A DNA stretch of 64,000 bases from Candidatus Latescibacterota bacterium (GTDB lineage: Bacteria > Latescibacterota > UBA2968 > UBA8231): the NCBI GenBank assembly GCA_965200315.1, contig OZ241362.1, forward strand, positions 2,432,001-2,496,000, written 5' to 3'. A program made the position numbers and the translations under genes. Below are positions 36,643-45,963 of the stretch, piece after piece (within the stretch, counting starts at the first letter, position 1; each line of letters begins with the position of its first letter). The notes beneath the pieces were generated by a model. It worked only from the letters and a program-made list of their open reading frames with translations, was not told where the DNA came from and ran no database searches.

Positions 36643-38423
36643 GCACCGAACTCAACAAAGAAGAAGAAATCCAAGAACGCGCCTTCAATTTGGGGCTGAC
36701 GCTGCAACTATTGGGGTATCTCAAACCCCACCGAGGGCACGTTATCCTCGCCTTTGGCACCATTGCCCTCGCCGCAGGCTTCGGCCAAGTCGGCCCCTAT
36801 ATCACGCAGGTAGCGGTTGACGACTACATCGCCATCGGCGACTGGGCGGGGTTGCGGTGGATGATCGCGGCCTTTTTTGGCAGCGTCGCCGTGCAGTACG
36901 GCGCTCAATACGCCCAGACCTTGGTCACCGGCATGATCGGCCAGCACGTCATGTACGACATGCGCCGCGACCTGTTTGCCCACCTGCAAAAGCTGCCGCT
37001 GCGCTACTTCGACCGCACACCGCTGGGGCGGGTTATGACCCGCGCCACCAACGACATCGACGCCCTCAACGAGTTTTTTAGCGAGGGCGTCGTCTCGGTC
37101 TTTATGGACCTTTTCACCCTGCTGGCCATCATCGGCTTCATGGCCTATATCGACTTTGAGCTGGCCCTGCTCTGCTGCACGGTGGTCCCGGTCATCGCCG
37201 TCTCGACCTTCTACCTCCAGGGCCTCGCCATGCGCGCCTATCGCGAGTTGCGAACGCGCTTGGCGCGGCTCAATGCCTATTTGCAGGAGAACATTACCGG
37301 CGTGGAGGTGGTGCAGCTCTTCAACCGCCAGCAACGCAATTTGCGCGACTTCGACGCCGAGCATCTGCCCTATCGCCGTGCCGAAGACCGCGAAATTCAC
37401 TGCTTTGCCGTCTTCTTTCCCCTCACCGAATTACTCGGCACGGTCGGCATGGCGCTGGTGCTGTGGTACGGGGCCTCGGACGTCCTCGACAGCCGTATCG
37501 AACTGGGGGTGTTGGTGGCCTTTCTCCAGTACATCCGCCGCTTTTTCCGCCCGATCATGGACATCTCCGACCGCTATGCCTTGCTACAGAGCGCCATGGC
37601 CGCGTCCGAACGCATCTTCGAGATATTGGCCGTCCCCAGCGAACCCGCTGGCGGACCGCGGCGCAAGCTGCCCGCAGCCAGCCGCGGCGGCGCGATTGAA
37701 TTCCGCAACGTGTTCTTCAAGTACGATCCAGCAGCCGAAGACTGGATTCTCAAGGATGTCTCGTTTGAATTACAGGCTGGGCAGAGCATGGCACTGGTCG
37801 GAGCCACCGGCTCGGGCAAGACCACCATCGTCAGCCTCCTCTGCCGCTTCTATGACATCCAGCGCGGCGAAATCCTCGTCGATGGCCGCGACGTGCGTCA
37901 GTGGTACGCGGGCGAATTGCGCCGTCGCATCAGCATCGTCCAGCAGGAGGTCTTCCTGTTTTCAGGGAGTGTCAGCGGCAACATCCGCCTCGGCGAGGAC
38001 GCCATCGACGACGCCCAAGTCGAGCGCGCGGCTCGCTACGTCAACGCCGCGCCCTTTATCGAACGCCTCCCCCAAGGCTACGCCCACACCGTGGCCGAAG
38101 GCGGCTCGACCTTGTCGGCCGGGCAGCGCCAGTTGTTGGCCTTTGCCCGCGCCTTAGCCTTCGACCCGGAAATCCTCGTCCTCGACGAGGCCACCTCCAG
38201 TATCGACACCGAGACCGAATTGCTCATCCAAGACGCCATCGCCAAGTTGATGAGCGAGCGCACTTCCATAGTCATCGCCCACCGCCTCTCGACCATCCGC
38301 AGTGCCGACCAGATCTTGGTGATGCACCGCGGCGAGGTGCGCGAGCGAGGCCGCCATGAAGAACTATTGCTCCAAGACGGCATCTACGCACGCCTCTACC
38401 GCCTCAACTACGGCCAATCTTAG
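36639..38423 (+). CDS. ABC exporter, fused permease/ATPase (MdlB/YheH-like heterodimer partner)
   Basis: GATGSGKT, LSAGQRQL, VLDEATSSID; GTGA overlap with previous gene. Confidence 0.92.
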   Translation: MSTELNKEEEIQERAFNLGLTLQLLGYLKPHRGHVILAFGTIALAAGFGQVGPYITQVAVDDYIAIGDWAGLRWMIAAFFGSVAVQYGAQYAQTLVTGMIGQHVMYDMRRDLFAHLQKLPLRYFDRTPLGRVMTRATNDIDALNEFFSEGVVSVFMDLFTLLAIIGFMAYIDFELALLCCTVVPVIAVSTFYLQGLAMRAYRELRTRLARLNAYLQENITGVEVVQLFNRQQRNLRDFDAEHLPYRRAEDREIHCFAVFFPLTELLGTVGMALVLWYGASDVLDSRIELGVLVAFLQYIRRFFRPIMDISDRYALLQSAMAASERIFEILAVPSEPAGGPRRKLPAASRGGAIEFRNVFFKYDPAAEDWILKDVSFELQAGQSMALVGATGSGKTTIVSLLCRFYDIQRGEILVDGRDVRQWYAGELRRRISIVQQEVFLFSGSVSGNIRLGEDAIDDAQVERAARYVNAAPFIERLPQGYAHTVAEGGSTLSAGQRQLLAFARALAFDPEILVLDEATSSIDTETELLIQDAIAKLMSERTSIVIAHRLSTIRSADQILVMHRGEVRERGRHEELLLQDGIYARLYRLNYGQS

Positions 38424-38425
38424 CG

Positions 38426-38677
38426 CTAGGCCGCCTCGTCTTCCTGTGGGGCTTTCTTTTCAAACCGCGACGCCACCCCGTCCATAGCCTTCACCACTTG
38501 GTCGCGCGTCTCTTCGGCTTGGCGCACGATCAAGCGCCGGGTATCCTCGCCCTTGCTCGGGGCCAGTAAAACGCCTATGGCCGCACCGACCGCGACGCCG
38601 GCCACAAAACCAGCTAAGAGGCACGTCGTGCCGTTGGTTGAATGCTGCTGCTTCGGATAAATTTTTTCGTAGAACAT
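38426..38677 (-). CDS. YtxH-domain protein
   Basis: GFVAGVAVGAAIGVLLAPSKGEDTR signature; AAGGAG RBS. Confidence 0.85.
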   Translation of the reverse strand: MFYEKIYPKQQHSTNGTTCLLAGFVAGVAVGAAIGVLLAPSKGEDTRRLIVRQAEETRDQVVKAMDGVASRFEKKAPQEDEAA

Positions 38678-38871
38678 ATAAAGCTCCTTTAGCTTATTAG
38701 GTGGTAATGTCTATGAACAAAACCTACTTACGAATGCGGGGCCGCCCAAAAAAGCTACAAAAAAATGGCTTAGCCTGCTCTCTTTATGCGTCCGCGATCA
38801 GCCCGGTATCGCCTAATGGTTGGGTCCGGCCTCGGGATCGCTACTCGTTGATCTGGCAGTTAGGACGAATT

Positions 38872-39483
38872 CTATGCCGAAGAGCCGTCGGGGCTGGTTG
38901 CTAGTGCCAGTCGTTTGAATTCGGAAAGACCTTGGCGATAATCGCCGAACAAAAAGCGGTCAATCTTTTTAAGCTGTGCCTTATTTACTCTGGAACAATC
39001 AACCATCCTGTAAGCCCGCCTATCAGCTCCTGCAACATGCTGTGAAAGATACGCCTTTCTTCCATCATCAATGATTTTGTAATGCGTATCTTGGGGACGC
39101 TCCTGACCCTGACGCACATAGATTAATACACGTGCATCGTTCTTGAATGCTTCCTTGAATTGCAGATCCTCGTCGTAGTTAAACATACATTGAACCCTAA
39201 AATCTTTATTTTTCTCTAGCTTGTCTTTTATAGCGTCAATAAAGCGGCCATCATCATAAAGCGACGACTCTATCTTATTCCCGTCATCATAGAGCTCTAT
39301 TTGCTCCTCGGCTTCGTCCACTAAAGAAATGACTAAGCTTATCGCTTTTTCGTCGTCATTCTTTTCCCAAGGCAAGATTTCGATAGACTGAAGCTGCCAT
39401 AGCCAAACTATCGCATGTATTATTACATAGAGGCAAGGAACAGCGACCACAGCAAGGAACGCCATCAGCAAGATGAGGGTCAT
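38872..39483 (-). CDS. AT-rich membrane-anchored protein with possible phospholipase-D-like fold
   Basis: ATG 39483 after AAGGGAG; N-terminal TM; LVDEAEEQIELYD and THYKIIDDGRKAY resemble PLD-like/TrmB-type domains; lower GC than flanks. Confidence 0.6.
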   Translation of the reverse strand: MTLILLMAFLAVVAVPCLYVIIHAIVWLWQLQSIEILPWEKNDDEKAISLVISLVDEAEEQIELYDDGNKIESSLYDDGRFIDAIKDKLEKNKDFRVQCMFNYDEDLQFKEAFKNDARVLIYVRQGQERPQDTHYKIIDDGRKAYLSQHVAGADRRAYRMVDCSRVNKAQLKKIDRFLFGDYRQGLSEFKRLALATSPDGSSA

Positions 39484-39555
39484 TGTTGCATCTCCCTTTA
39501 GGGTTAGGGTTGGGCGAGATAAGAGAGGTGAATGTATTTTATTATAGATATCGAA

Positions 39556-39584
39556 TTGAATAAAACCAATGCAATTTTTATACT
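39556..39584 (+). promoter_or_regulatory. Probable sigma70 promoter for guaB and downstream genes
   Basis: TTGAAT, 17-nt spacer, TATACT. Confidence 0.55.
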
Positions 39585-39633
39585 TTAAGGCTAAATCTTT
39601 CCCTCTGCCCCCACCAACGCTGAGAGGACTTCT

Positions 39634-41115
39634 ATGGCCCAAGTCCTGAGCATCCCTTCGCACAGCCTCAAAGAGTTTCGCATTCTGCCTGGGTACACGC
39701 CAACCGACGGCAACGCGCCCAACACGTCGCTCAAAACCCGGCTCTGCCGTAAGGGAGACGACTTTCTCTATCTGCACGTGCCTTTCCTCAGCGCTGCCAT
39801 GCAGGCCGTGACCGGCGGCGACATGGCCATTGCCTTGGCCCAGCTAGGCGGCATTGGCATCCTGCCCGTCAGCCAGCCCATTGACGAGCAGGGCGCCAAG
39901 ATCAGCCAAGTCAAGCGCTTCAAGGCCGGCTTTCAGACCGATATTCTCACCCTAGCCCCCGAACAGCCCATTGCCGAGGTCGTCGAGATCATTCACCGCA
40001 CCGGCTATACGACCTTTCCGGTCACCGCCAGCGGCCAGTTCCACGACCAGCTCTTGGGCATCCTCACCGACAAGGACTTTGACGAGCGCCGCGACCTCGA
40101 CTGTCAAGTGGCTTCCCGCATGAAGACCGACGTGCAGGCCGGCCGCGAAATAGGCGACCTCAAGGCCGCCAACGAGCTGATGATCCGCTACGGTCGCGGC
40201 TTCCTGCCCATTCTCTCCAAAGGGGGCATCCTGCAAGCGGTAGTTTTCAAAAAGGACCTCGACAAGCATCTGCGGCACCCCAACGAATCCATCGACGAAA
40301 AGAAGCGCCTGCTCGTCGGCGCGGCCGTCTCCACCCACCCGGAGGATCGCGAGCGGGCCGAAGCCCTCATCGCGCAAGAAGTGGATGTGCTAGTCATCGA
40401 CGCTTCCGACGGCCACACCGAATACCAGCGGCAGATGATCCAATTCCTCAAGGAGCGCACCGACGCCCCGGTCATCGGCGGCAACGTCGTCACTGCCGAA
40501 GGATTTCGCTTCTTGGCCGAGGCCGGTGCCGACGCCGTCAAAGTCGGCATGGGGATCGGTTCGGGCTGCATTACGCAGGAAGTCAAGGCCACAGGCCGCG
40601 GCCAAGGCACGGCCTTGATGGAAATCAACGCGGCGCGCAACCAGTGGCAGCAGGATTGCAACGCCTACTTGCCCATCATTGCCGACGGCGGCATTTCAGG
40701 CCCGGCCGAGATCGCCGTGGCCATGGCCTTGGGTGCCAACGCCGTGATGATGGGGCACTTCTTCGCCGGCTACACCGAGAGCCAAGGCAACCTCGTGCGC
40801 ACCGCGGCCGGCGATGTTGTCAAGGAATACTGGATGGAAGGTTCGCTGCGCGCTCACAACATGCGGCGCTATGCGCAGACGCGAGAGAATTTCTTCGAGG
40901 AGGGCATCTCTGGCTACGTGCCCCACATCGGCTCGATTCACGACAAATTGCCGATCCGCATCCAGATGCTGCGCGCCACCCTCGCCACGGCTGGTTGCCA
41001 CACCATCGACGAGCTACACGAAAAGGCCGTGCTCGAAATGCAGTCTCCCACCGCGCTGATGGACAGCCAGATCCACGACATCGTCCCCACCCAGACTGAC
41101 CAACAGGTTCTCTAG
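39634..41115 (+). CDS. guaB: IMP dehydrogenase with CBS pair
   Basis: SAAMQAVT, VIDASDG, GGNVVT, KVGMGIGSGCIT (catalytic Cys), IADGG, KEYWMEGS, EEGI. Confidence 0.88.
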   Translation: MAQVLSIPSHSLKEFRILPGYTPTDGNAPNTSLKTRLCRKGDDFLYLHVPFLSAAMQAVTGGDMAIALAQLGGIGILPVSQPIDEQGAKISQVKRFKAGFQTDILTLAPEQPIAEVVEIIHRTGYTTFPVTASGQFHDQLLGILTDKDFDERRDLDCQVASRMKTDVQAGREIGDLKAANELMIRYGRGFLPILSKGGILQAVVFKKDLDKHLRHPNESIDEKKRLLVGAAVSTHPEDRERAEALIAQEVDVLVIDASDGHTEYQRQMIQFLKERTDAPVIGGNVVTAEGFRFLAEAGADAVKVGMGIGSGCITQEVKATGRGQGTALMEINAARNQWQQDCNAYLPIIADGGISGPAEIAVAMALGANAVMMGHFFAGYTESQGNLVRTAAGDVVKEYWMEGSLRAHNMRRYAQTRENFFEEGISGYVPHIGSIHDKLPIRIQMLRATLATAGCHTIDELHEKAVLEMQSPTALMDSQIHDIVPTQTDQQVL

Positions 41116-41119
41116 GGCT

Positions 41120-41809
41120 ATGCACATACTCATAACCAACGCGACTACCTCGCTCGGCCAAGCCCTAGCCGCTGGCCTTGGCGACGCACATCAACTGCGC
41201 TTGACCGACCCCGATTTAGGGGTCGGAATCCAAAGTGACTTGGGCCACGGCCCAGAGACCGACGCACTCGTCAAAGACATCGACGCCGTCGTCCACCTCG
41301 CCTATGCGCCGCGGGCAGACGACGGCGAGATCACTTGGCTGGACCGCAATACGCGCGGCACGTACAATCTGCTCTTGGCCGCGGCCGCCGCTCAGGTCGA
41401 ACACGTCATTCTCTTGAGTACGCTCGACCTTTTCGCCCCGTACGAAGACGATCTCACCGTTGACGAAACCTGGAAGCCGCGGCCTTCCGGCGCCCCGGCC
41501 GTTCTCGGTGCCCACCTAGCCGAGTTCACGGCCCGCGAATTTGCCCACAGCCACGCGCTCCACATCACCATTGCCCGCCTTGGCCATCTAGTCCGCGCCG
41601 AGGAGATTGCCGGCCAGCCCTACAATCCTATGTGGCTCGACGAGCGCGACGCCGCCCAAGCCGTGGCCCAGATTATAAAAAAAGGGCCTTCCGGCCAGTA
41701 CAGCACCATCCACATCCAGTCCGCGGCGGCACGCGCCCGATTCTCCGTCGGGCACGCCAAGAGCCACCTAGCGTTTGACCCCCAATACAACTTTGAGGCC
41801 AACCCATGA
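41120..41809 (+). CDS. NAD-dependent epimerase/dehydratase-like protein (degenerate)
   Basis: ILITNA (degenerate Rossmann), DAVVHLAY, NTRGTYNLL; no YxxxK motif. Confidence 0.65.
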   Translation: MHILITNATTSLGQALAAGLGDAHQLRLTDPDLGVGIQSDLGHGPETDALVKDIDAVVHLAYAPRADDGEITWLDRNTRGTYNLLLAAAAAQVEHVILLSTLDLFAPYEDDLTVDETWKPRPSGAPAVLGAHLAEFTAREFAHSHALHITIARLGHLVRAEEIAGQPYNPMWLDERDAAQAVAQIIKKGPSGQYSTIHIQSAAARARFSVGHAKSHLAFDPQYNFEANP

Positions 41810-42540
41810 AAGTTTTGCTTCTAGGCGGCAATGGCATGCTCGGTCCACACGTGGTCACACAACTTCAAGATGCCTACTCGCTGCGCATCACCGACATCAT
41901 GCCCATCGACAGCCCGCACGAGACCATGCAAGTGGACGTCTCCGACCTCGACCAAGTGCGCCGCGCCACTGAGGGCACCGATGTAACCATCAACTGCTCA
42001 GTGCTGCGCCCCGACCGCAAGATCGCCTTTGCAGTCAATACCACCGGCACGTACAACGGCATCCTCGCCGCCGTCGACAACGGCCACACCCGCTTCGTCA
42101 ACACCGGGCCCCACTTCACCCAAGCCGGCCCCTCGTACGAGCACTACGACTTCGACATCAACGAGGAAGTCCCCCTGCACTCTGGCGTCGGCCTCTACGC
42201 CCACACCAAGTCGCTCGGCCAAGAGATTTGCCGCGTATTCGCCGCCAACTACCCCATCCACGTACTCACCACCCTCTTTCTGAGCTTTCGCGCGGCCGAG
42301 CCGTCAGCCGAGCAACTCGGCCGCGGCACCAATCCCTTTTCCGTCACCTTTCCCGACGCCGCCCGTGCCCTGCAAAAGTGCCTAGAAGTGGACTTGGCGT
42401 CCTTGCCTTCGCGCTGCGAGATCTTCCACATCGCCACGGACACGCCCCACGGGCGCTATAGCAACGCCAAAGCTCGGCGGCTGTTGGGCTGGGTGCCGCA
42501 AGACCTGCTTGAAGGCTACTGGCGCAAGCCGAAGGGCTAG
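41806..42540 (+). CDS. NAD-dependent epimerase/uronate-dehydrogenase-like SDR
   Basis: LLLGGNGMLG, YAHTK (YxxxK), KARRLLGWVP. Confidence 0.8.
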   Translation: MKVLLLGGNGMLGPHVVTQLQDAYSLRITDIMPIDSPHETMQVDVSDLDQVRRATEGTDVTINCSVLRPDRKIAFAVNTTGTYNGILAAVDNGHTRFVNTGPHFTQAGPSYEHYDFDINEEVPLHSGVGLYAHTKSLGQEICRVFAANYPIHVLTTLFLSFRAAEPSAEQLGRGTNPFSVTFPDAARALQKCLEVDLASLPSRCEIFHIATDTPHGRYSNAKARRLLGWVPQDLLEGYWRKPKG

Positions 42541-42542
42541 CC

Positions 42543-43568
42543 ATGCCCACGGCCTATGCACAGGTATTCGATGGTCCGACCCATCCGCTCCGCTGCGCAA
42601 GCCTGCCACTGCCCGACGCCCTCGCGCCCGGTGAAGTGCTCGTCGAGGTCGCGCTCGCCACGATCTGCGGCTCCGACCTCCATACGCTGTCCGGCCTGCG
42701 CTCTGAATCCACGCCCCTGATCCTCGGCCACGAGGCTGTCGGCCGCATCGTCGCCTCGCAGCGCCCCACCTTTGCGCTGGGCGACCGCGTAAGCTGGACC
42801 ATCACCGACAGTTGCGGCACTTGTCTGGCGTGTACGGAACATCGCTTGCCGGAAAAATGCGACGCACTCTTTAAATACGGCCACGCCACGACCACCGACG
42901 GTAGCGGACTCAACGGCTGTTACGCCACGCATCTACTCATTAGACCCGGCACCCACATCGCCAAAGTAGCAGACCGCTTGCCCGACTCGGTAGTCGCCCC
43001 GGCCAACTGCGCCTTGGCCACCGCGGTCAACGCCATCGCAGTGCTGCCCAGCCCTTGCCACAGGGTTCTGGTCCAAGGAGCCGGTCTGCTCGGCCTCAAT
43101 ACTTGCGCCCTACTCGCCGAGCGCGGCATCGAGCAAATCTACTGTACCGATACCGACGCAGACCGCCTAGCACTCTCCACCCAATTCGGCGCTATACCCG
43201 CGACCGATCCGCCACCAGAAGGACTAGACGCCGTTTTTGAAGTCGCCGGCAACTCGGACTTGATCCCCGCAGGAATCGCGGCCCTACGCCCGGGTGGCCG
43301 CTACGTATTCGTCGGCATGGTCCACCCCGATACCCAGCTAGAGCTGACCGGCGAGCAGGTCATCCGCAAGTGCCTGACGATCCGCGGCGTCCACAACTAC
43401 AGCCCGCGCCATCTCGACGAGGCACTCGCCTTTCTCGCCCGCACCGCCGATCGCTACCCGTACTCGTCGCTGGTCAGCGGCCCCTTTGCCCTCGCCGAGC
43501 TAGAGCAAGCCATCGCCTTGGCCGAAACCCGCCAGCACATCCGCGTCGCCATTGACCCCAACGCATGA
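42543..43568 (+). CDS. Zinc-binding dehydrogenase, phosphonate-catabolism-associated (HpnZ/TIGR03366-like)
   Basis: ICGSDLHT, LGHE, CGTCLAC..KCDALFKYGH, APANCALAT, IRGVHNYSPRHL; overlaps phnA. Confidence 0.8.
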   Translation: MPTAYAQVFDGPTHPLRCASLPLPDALAPGEVLVEVALATICGSDLHTLSGLRSESTPLILGHEAVGRIVASQRPTFALGDRVSWTITDSCGTCLACTEHRLPEKCDALFKYGHATTTDGSGLNGCYATHLLIRPGTHIAKVADRLPDSVVAPANCALATAVNAIAVLPSPCHRVLVQGAGLLGLNTCALLAERGIEQIYCTDTDADRLALSTQFGAIPATDPPPEGLDAVFEVAGNSDLIPAGIAALRPGGRYVFVGMVHPDTQLELTGEQVIRKCLTIRGVHNYSPRHLDEALAFLARTADRYPYSSLVSGPFALAELEQAIALAETRQHIRVAIDPNA

Positions 43569-44782
43569 TTCAAGTCAATGACCGCAGCTATCGCCCGCGC
43601 GAGAAAGCCATCGTCGGCATCTGCCTCGACGGCTGTGCCCAAGCCTACCTCGACGAAGCTGCCGCCCAGATGCCCAATCTCCGTTCGATCCTAGCACGCG
43701 GCGTCCACGGCCAAGTTAACACCGTCATCCCCTCTTTCACCAATCCCAACAATGTCGCCATCATCACCGGTGCGCCGCCGGCCATAAACGGCATCCCCGG
43801 CAATTTCTACTACGCCCTAGACGCCGCGGAGGAAGTAATGATGAACGACCCCCGCTTCCTGCGCGCCCCAACTATTCTCGCCGCCTTCCATCAAGCCGGC
43901 CAACGAGTCGCTGCCATCACCACCAAAGACAAGTTGCGCCTGCTCTTGGCCCACGGCTGGCAAGGCATCAATTTCTCCGTGGAAAAGGCGCACGAAGCCA
44001 CACCAGCCACCCACGGCATCGGCGACGTCCTCGACCTAGTTGGCCGGAAAAACCCCGGCATTTACGATCCCGAAGCCAGCGTGTACTGCATCGAGGCCGG
44101 TGCCCGTCTGCTCGAGTGCCACAACCTCGACCTGCTCTACCTTTCGACGACCGATTTCGTCCAGCACAAGTGGGCACCCGGCGAGCCGGAAGCCAACGCC
44201 TTCTACGCCCGCCTCGACCGCTTTATCGGTACACTCGACGCCCAAGACATTATCTTGGGCATTACCGCCGATCACGGCATGAACGCCAAAACCAACGCCG
44301 ACGGCTCGCCCAAGGTGCAGTTTATCGAGACCCAACTCGTCGCCGCCGGCATCGCCGAAGCCCGAGTCATCCTGCCCATCACCGACCCCTATGTGGTCCA
44401 TCACGGCGCACTGGGCTCCTACGCCACCATCTATATCGACGACGCGCACACCGCCCGAGCCACTGCAATCCTCCGCGCCATCCCCGGCGTCGAACAGGTG
44501 CTCAGCCGCGAGCAAGCGGCCGCCACCTACCAACTCCCCCCCGACCGCATCGGCGAACTGGTCGTACTCGCCGACCAAGATACCGTCCTCGGCCGCACCC
44601 CGGACTGGCACGAACTCGCCGACGTCGCCGAGGGCCTGCGCTCGCACGGCGGCCGGCACGAAGGCGTGGTGCCCATGATCTGCAATAGGCCGCTAACAGA
44701 CCAATACGCCGAGTTGTTGGTCTCGGGGCAAGCGCGCAACTGGGATCTTTTTGACTTTCTCTGCAATGGAACCATAACCTGA
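43565..44782 (+). CDS. phnA: Phosphonoacetate hydrolase
   Basis: VNDRSY, ICLDGC, PSFTNPNN, EVMMNDPRFLRAPT, YLSTTDFVQHK, TADHGM, ITDPYVVHHGALGS, LRSHGG. Confidence 0.93.
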   Translation: MIQVNDRSYRPREKAIVGICLDGCAQAYLDEAAAQMPNLRSILARGVHGQVNTVIPSFTNPNNVAIITGAPPAINGIPGNFYYALDAAEEVMMNDPRFLRAPTILAAFHQAGQRVAAITTKDKLRLLLAHGWQGINFSVEKAHEATPATHGIGDVLDLVGRKNPGIYDPEASVYCIEAGARLLECHNLDLLYLSTTDFVQHKWAPGEPEANAFYARLDRFIGTLDAQDIILGITADHGMNAKTNADGSPKVQFIETQLVAAGIAEARVILPITDPYVVHHGALGSYATIYIDDAHTARATAILRAIPGVEQVLSREQAAATYQLPPDRIGELVVLADQDTVLGRTPDWHELADVAEGLRSHGGRHEGVVPMICNRPLTDQYAELLVSGQARNWDLFDFLCNGTIT

Positions 44783-44825
44783 TGTATCCCCTGCACACCC
44801 TTCACAACCACCGCCAGCACCTGCC

Positions 44826-45959
44826 ATGCCCGACCTCAAAGCGGATATTGCCGTAGTCGGCGCTGGCATCGTCGGGTTGGCCCACGCCCTTGCCGCGGCC
44901 AAGCGCGGCCACCGCGTCGTCCTCTTTGAGCGCACTCCCCAAGCGCAAGGGGCATCTATCCGCAACTTTGGCATGATCTGGCCCATCGGCCAAGCCCCCG
45001 GCACCATTCACCAACGCGCCCTCCGCACGCGCCAAATATGGCTCGACCTCGCCCCCAAAGCGGGCATCTGGTGCGCCCAGACCGGCTCCTTGCACTTGGC
45101 GTATGCCGACGACGAGTGCGCCGTTCTGGCAGAATTCGCCGACCGCGCTCTGGCCCTCGGCTACTCGGTTGAGTTGCTCGACCGAGACGCTGTACTCGCC
45201 CGCAGCCACGCCGTGCAGCCCGCTGGGCTCACAGGCGGCCTCTGGAGTGCGACCGAACTCTGCGTCGATCCCCGCGAAGCCATCGCCGCGCTGCCAGATT
45301 ATCTAGCGCACGAGTACGGCGTGGCCCTCCGCTTTTCCACCCCGGTCCACCACATCGACCTGCCCCTGATCCACACGCCAACGGAAACTTGGTCCGTTGA
45401 CCGCGCCATCGTCTGCAGCGGTGCCGATTTTGAATCGCTCTACCCCCAACTATTTGCCAGCAGCGGACTCACTCGCTGCAAATTGCAGATGATGCGCACC
45501 GCGCCCCAGCCCGGCAACTGGCGTCTCGGGCCGATGCTCGCCGCCGGGCTTACGCTGCGCCATTACCCGGCCTTCAAGTGCTGCCAAGCACTGGCCGCCT
45601 ACACCCAGCGCATCGCCGCCGAGCATCCCGAATTCGACCGCTGGGGCATCCACGTCATGGCCTCGCAAAACGGCCTCGGCGAGATCACCATCGGCGATTC
45701 TCACGAGTACGACTGGGTCGTCAACCCGTTTGACAACCCCGCAATCGACCAGCTAATCTTCGACTATCTCCAGACCTTCCTCGCCGCTCCAACCCTGCAC
45801 ATCGCCCAGCGCTGGCACGGTATCTACGCCAAACACCCCGAGCAAGCCACTTTCATCGCCGAGCCGGCGCACGGCGTAACCATCGTCAACGGCCTCGGCG
45901 GCAACGGCATGACCACTGCTTTCGGGCTGGCCGAGGAGGTTTTCGCCGAGTGGGAGTAA
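44826..45959 (+). CDS. FAD-dependent amine oxidoreductase (TIGR03364/HpnW-like)
   Basis: VGAGIVGLAHA, AQGASIRNFGMIWPIGQ, CKLQMMR, IGDSHEY, RWHGIYAK. Confidence 0.85.
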   Translation: MPDLKADIAVVGAGIVGLAHALAAAKRGHRVVLFERTPQAQGASIRNFGMIWPIGQAPGTIHQRALRTRQIWLDLAPKAGIWCAQTGSLHLAYADDECAVLAEFADRALALGYSVELLDRDAVLARSHAVQPAGLTGGLWSATELCVDPREAIAALPDYLAHEYGVALRFSTPVHHIDLPLIHTPTETWSVDRAIVCSGADFESLYPQLFASSGLTRCKLQMMRTAPQPGNWRLGPMLAAGLTLRHYPAFKCCQALAAYTQRIAAEHPEFDRWGIHVMASQNGLGEITIGDSHEYDWVVNPFDNPAIDQLIFDYLQTFLAAPTLHIAQRWHGIYAKHPEQATFIAEPAHGVTIVNGLGGNGMTTAFGLAEEVFAEWE

Positions 45960-45963
45960 GCCA

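Noticed and set aside
38790-38845. tRNA-like fragment (GGTATCGCCTAATGG) as an integration site
   Set aside because: No T-arm GTTCRA, cloverleaf or matching direct repeat seen.
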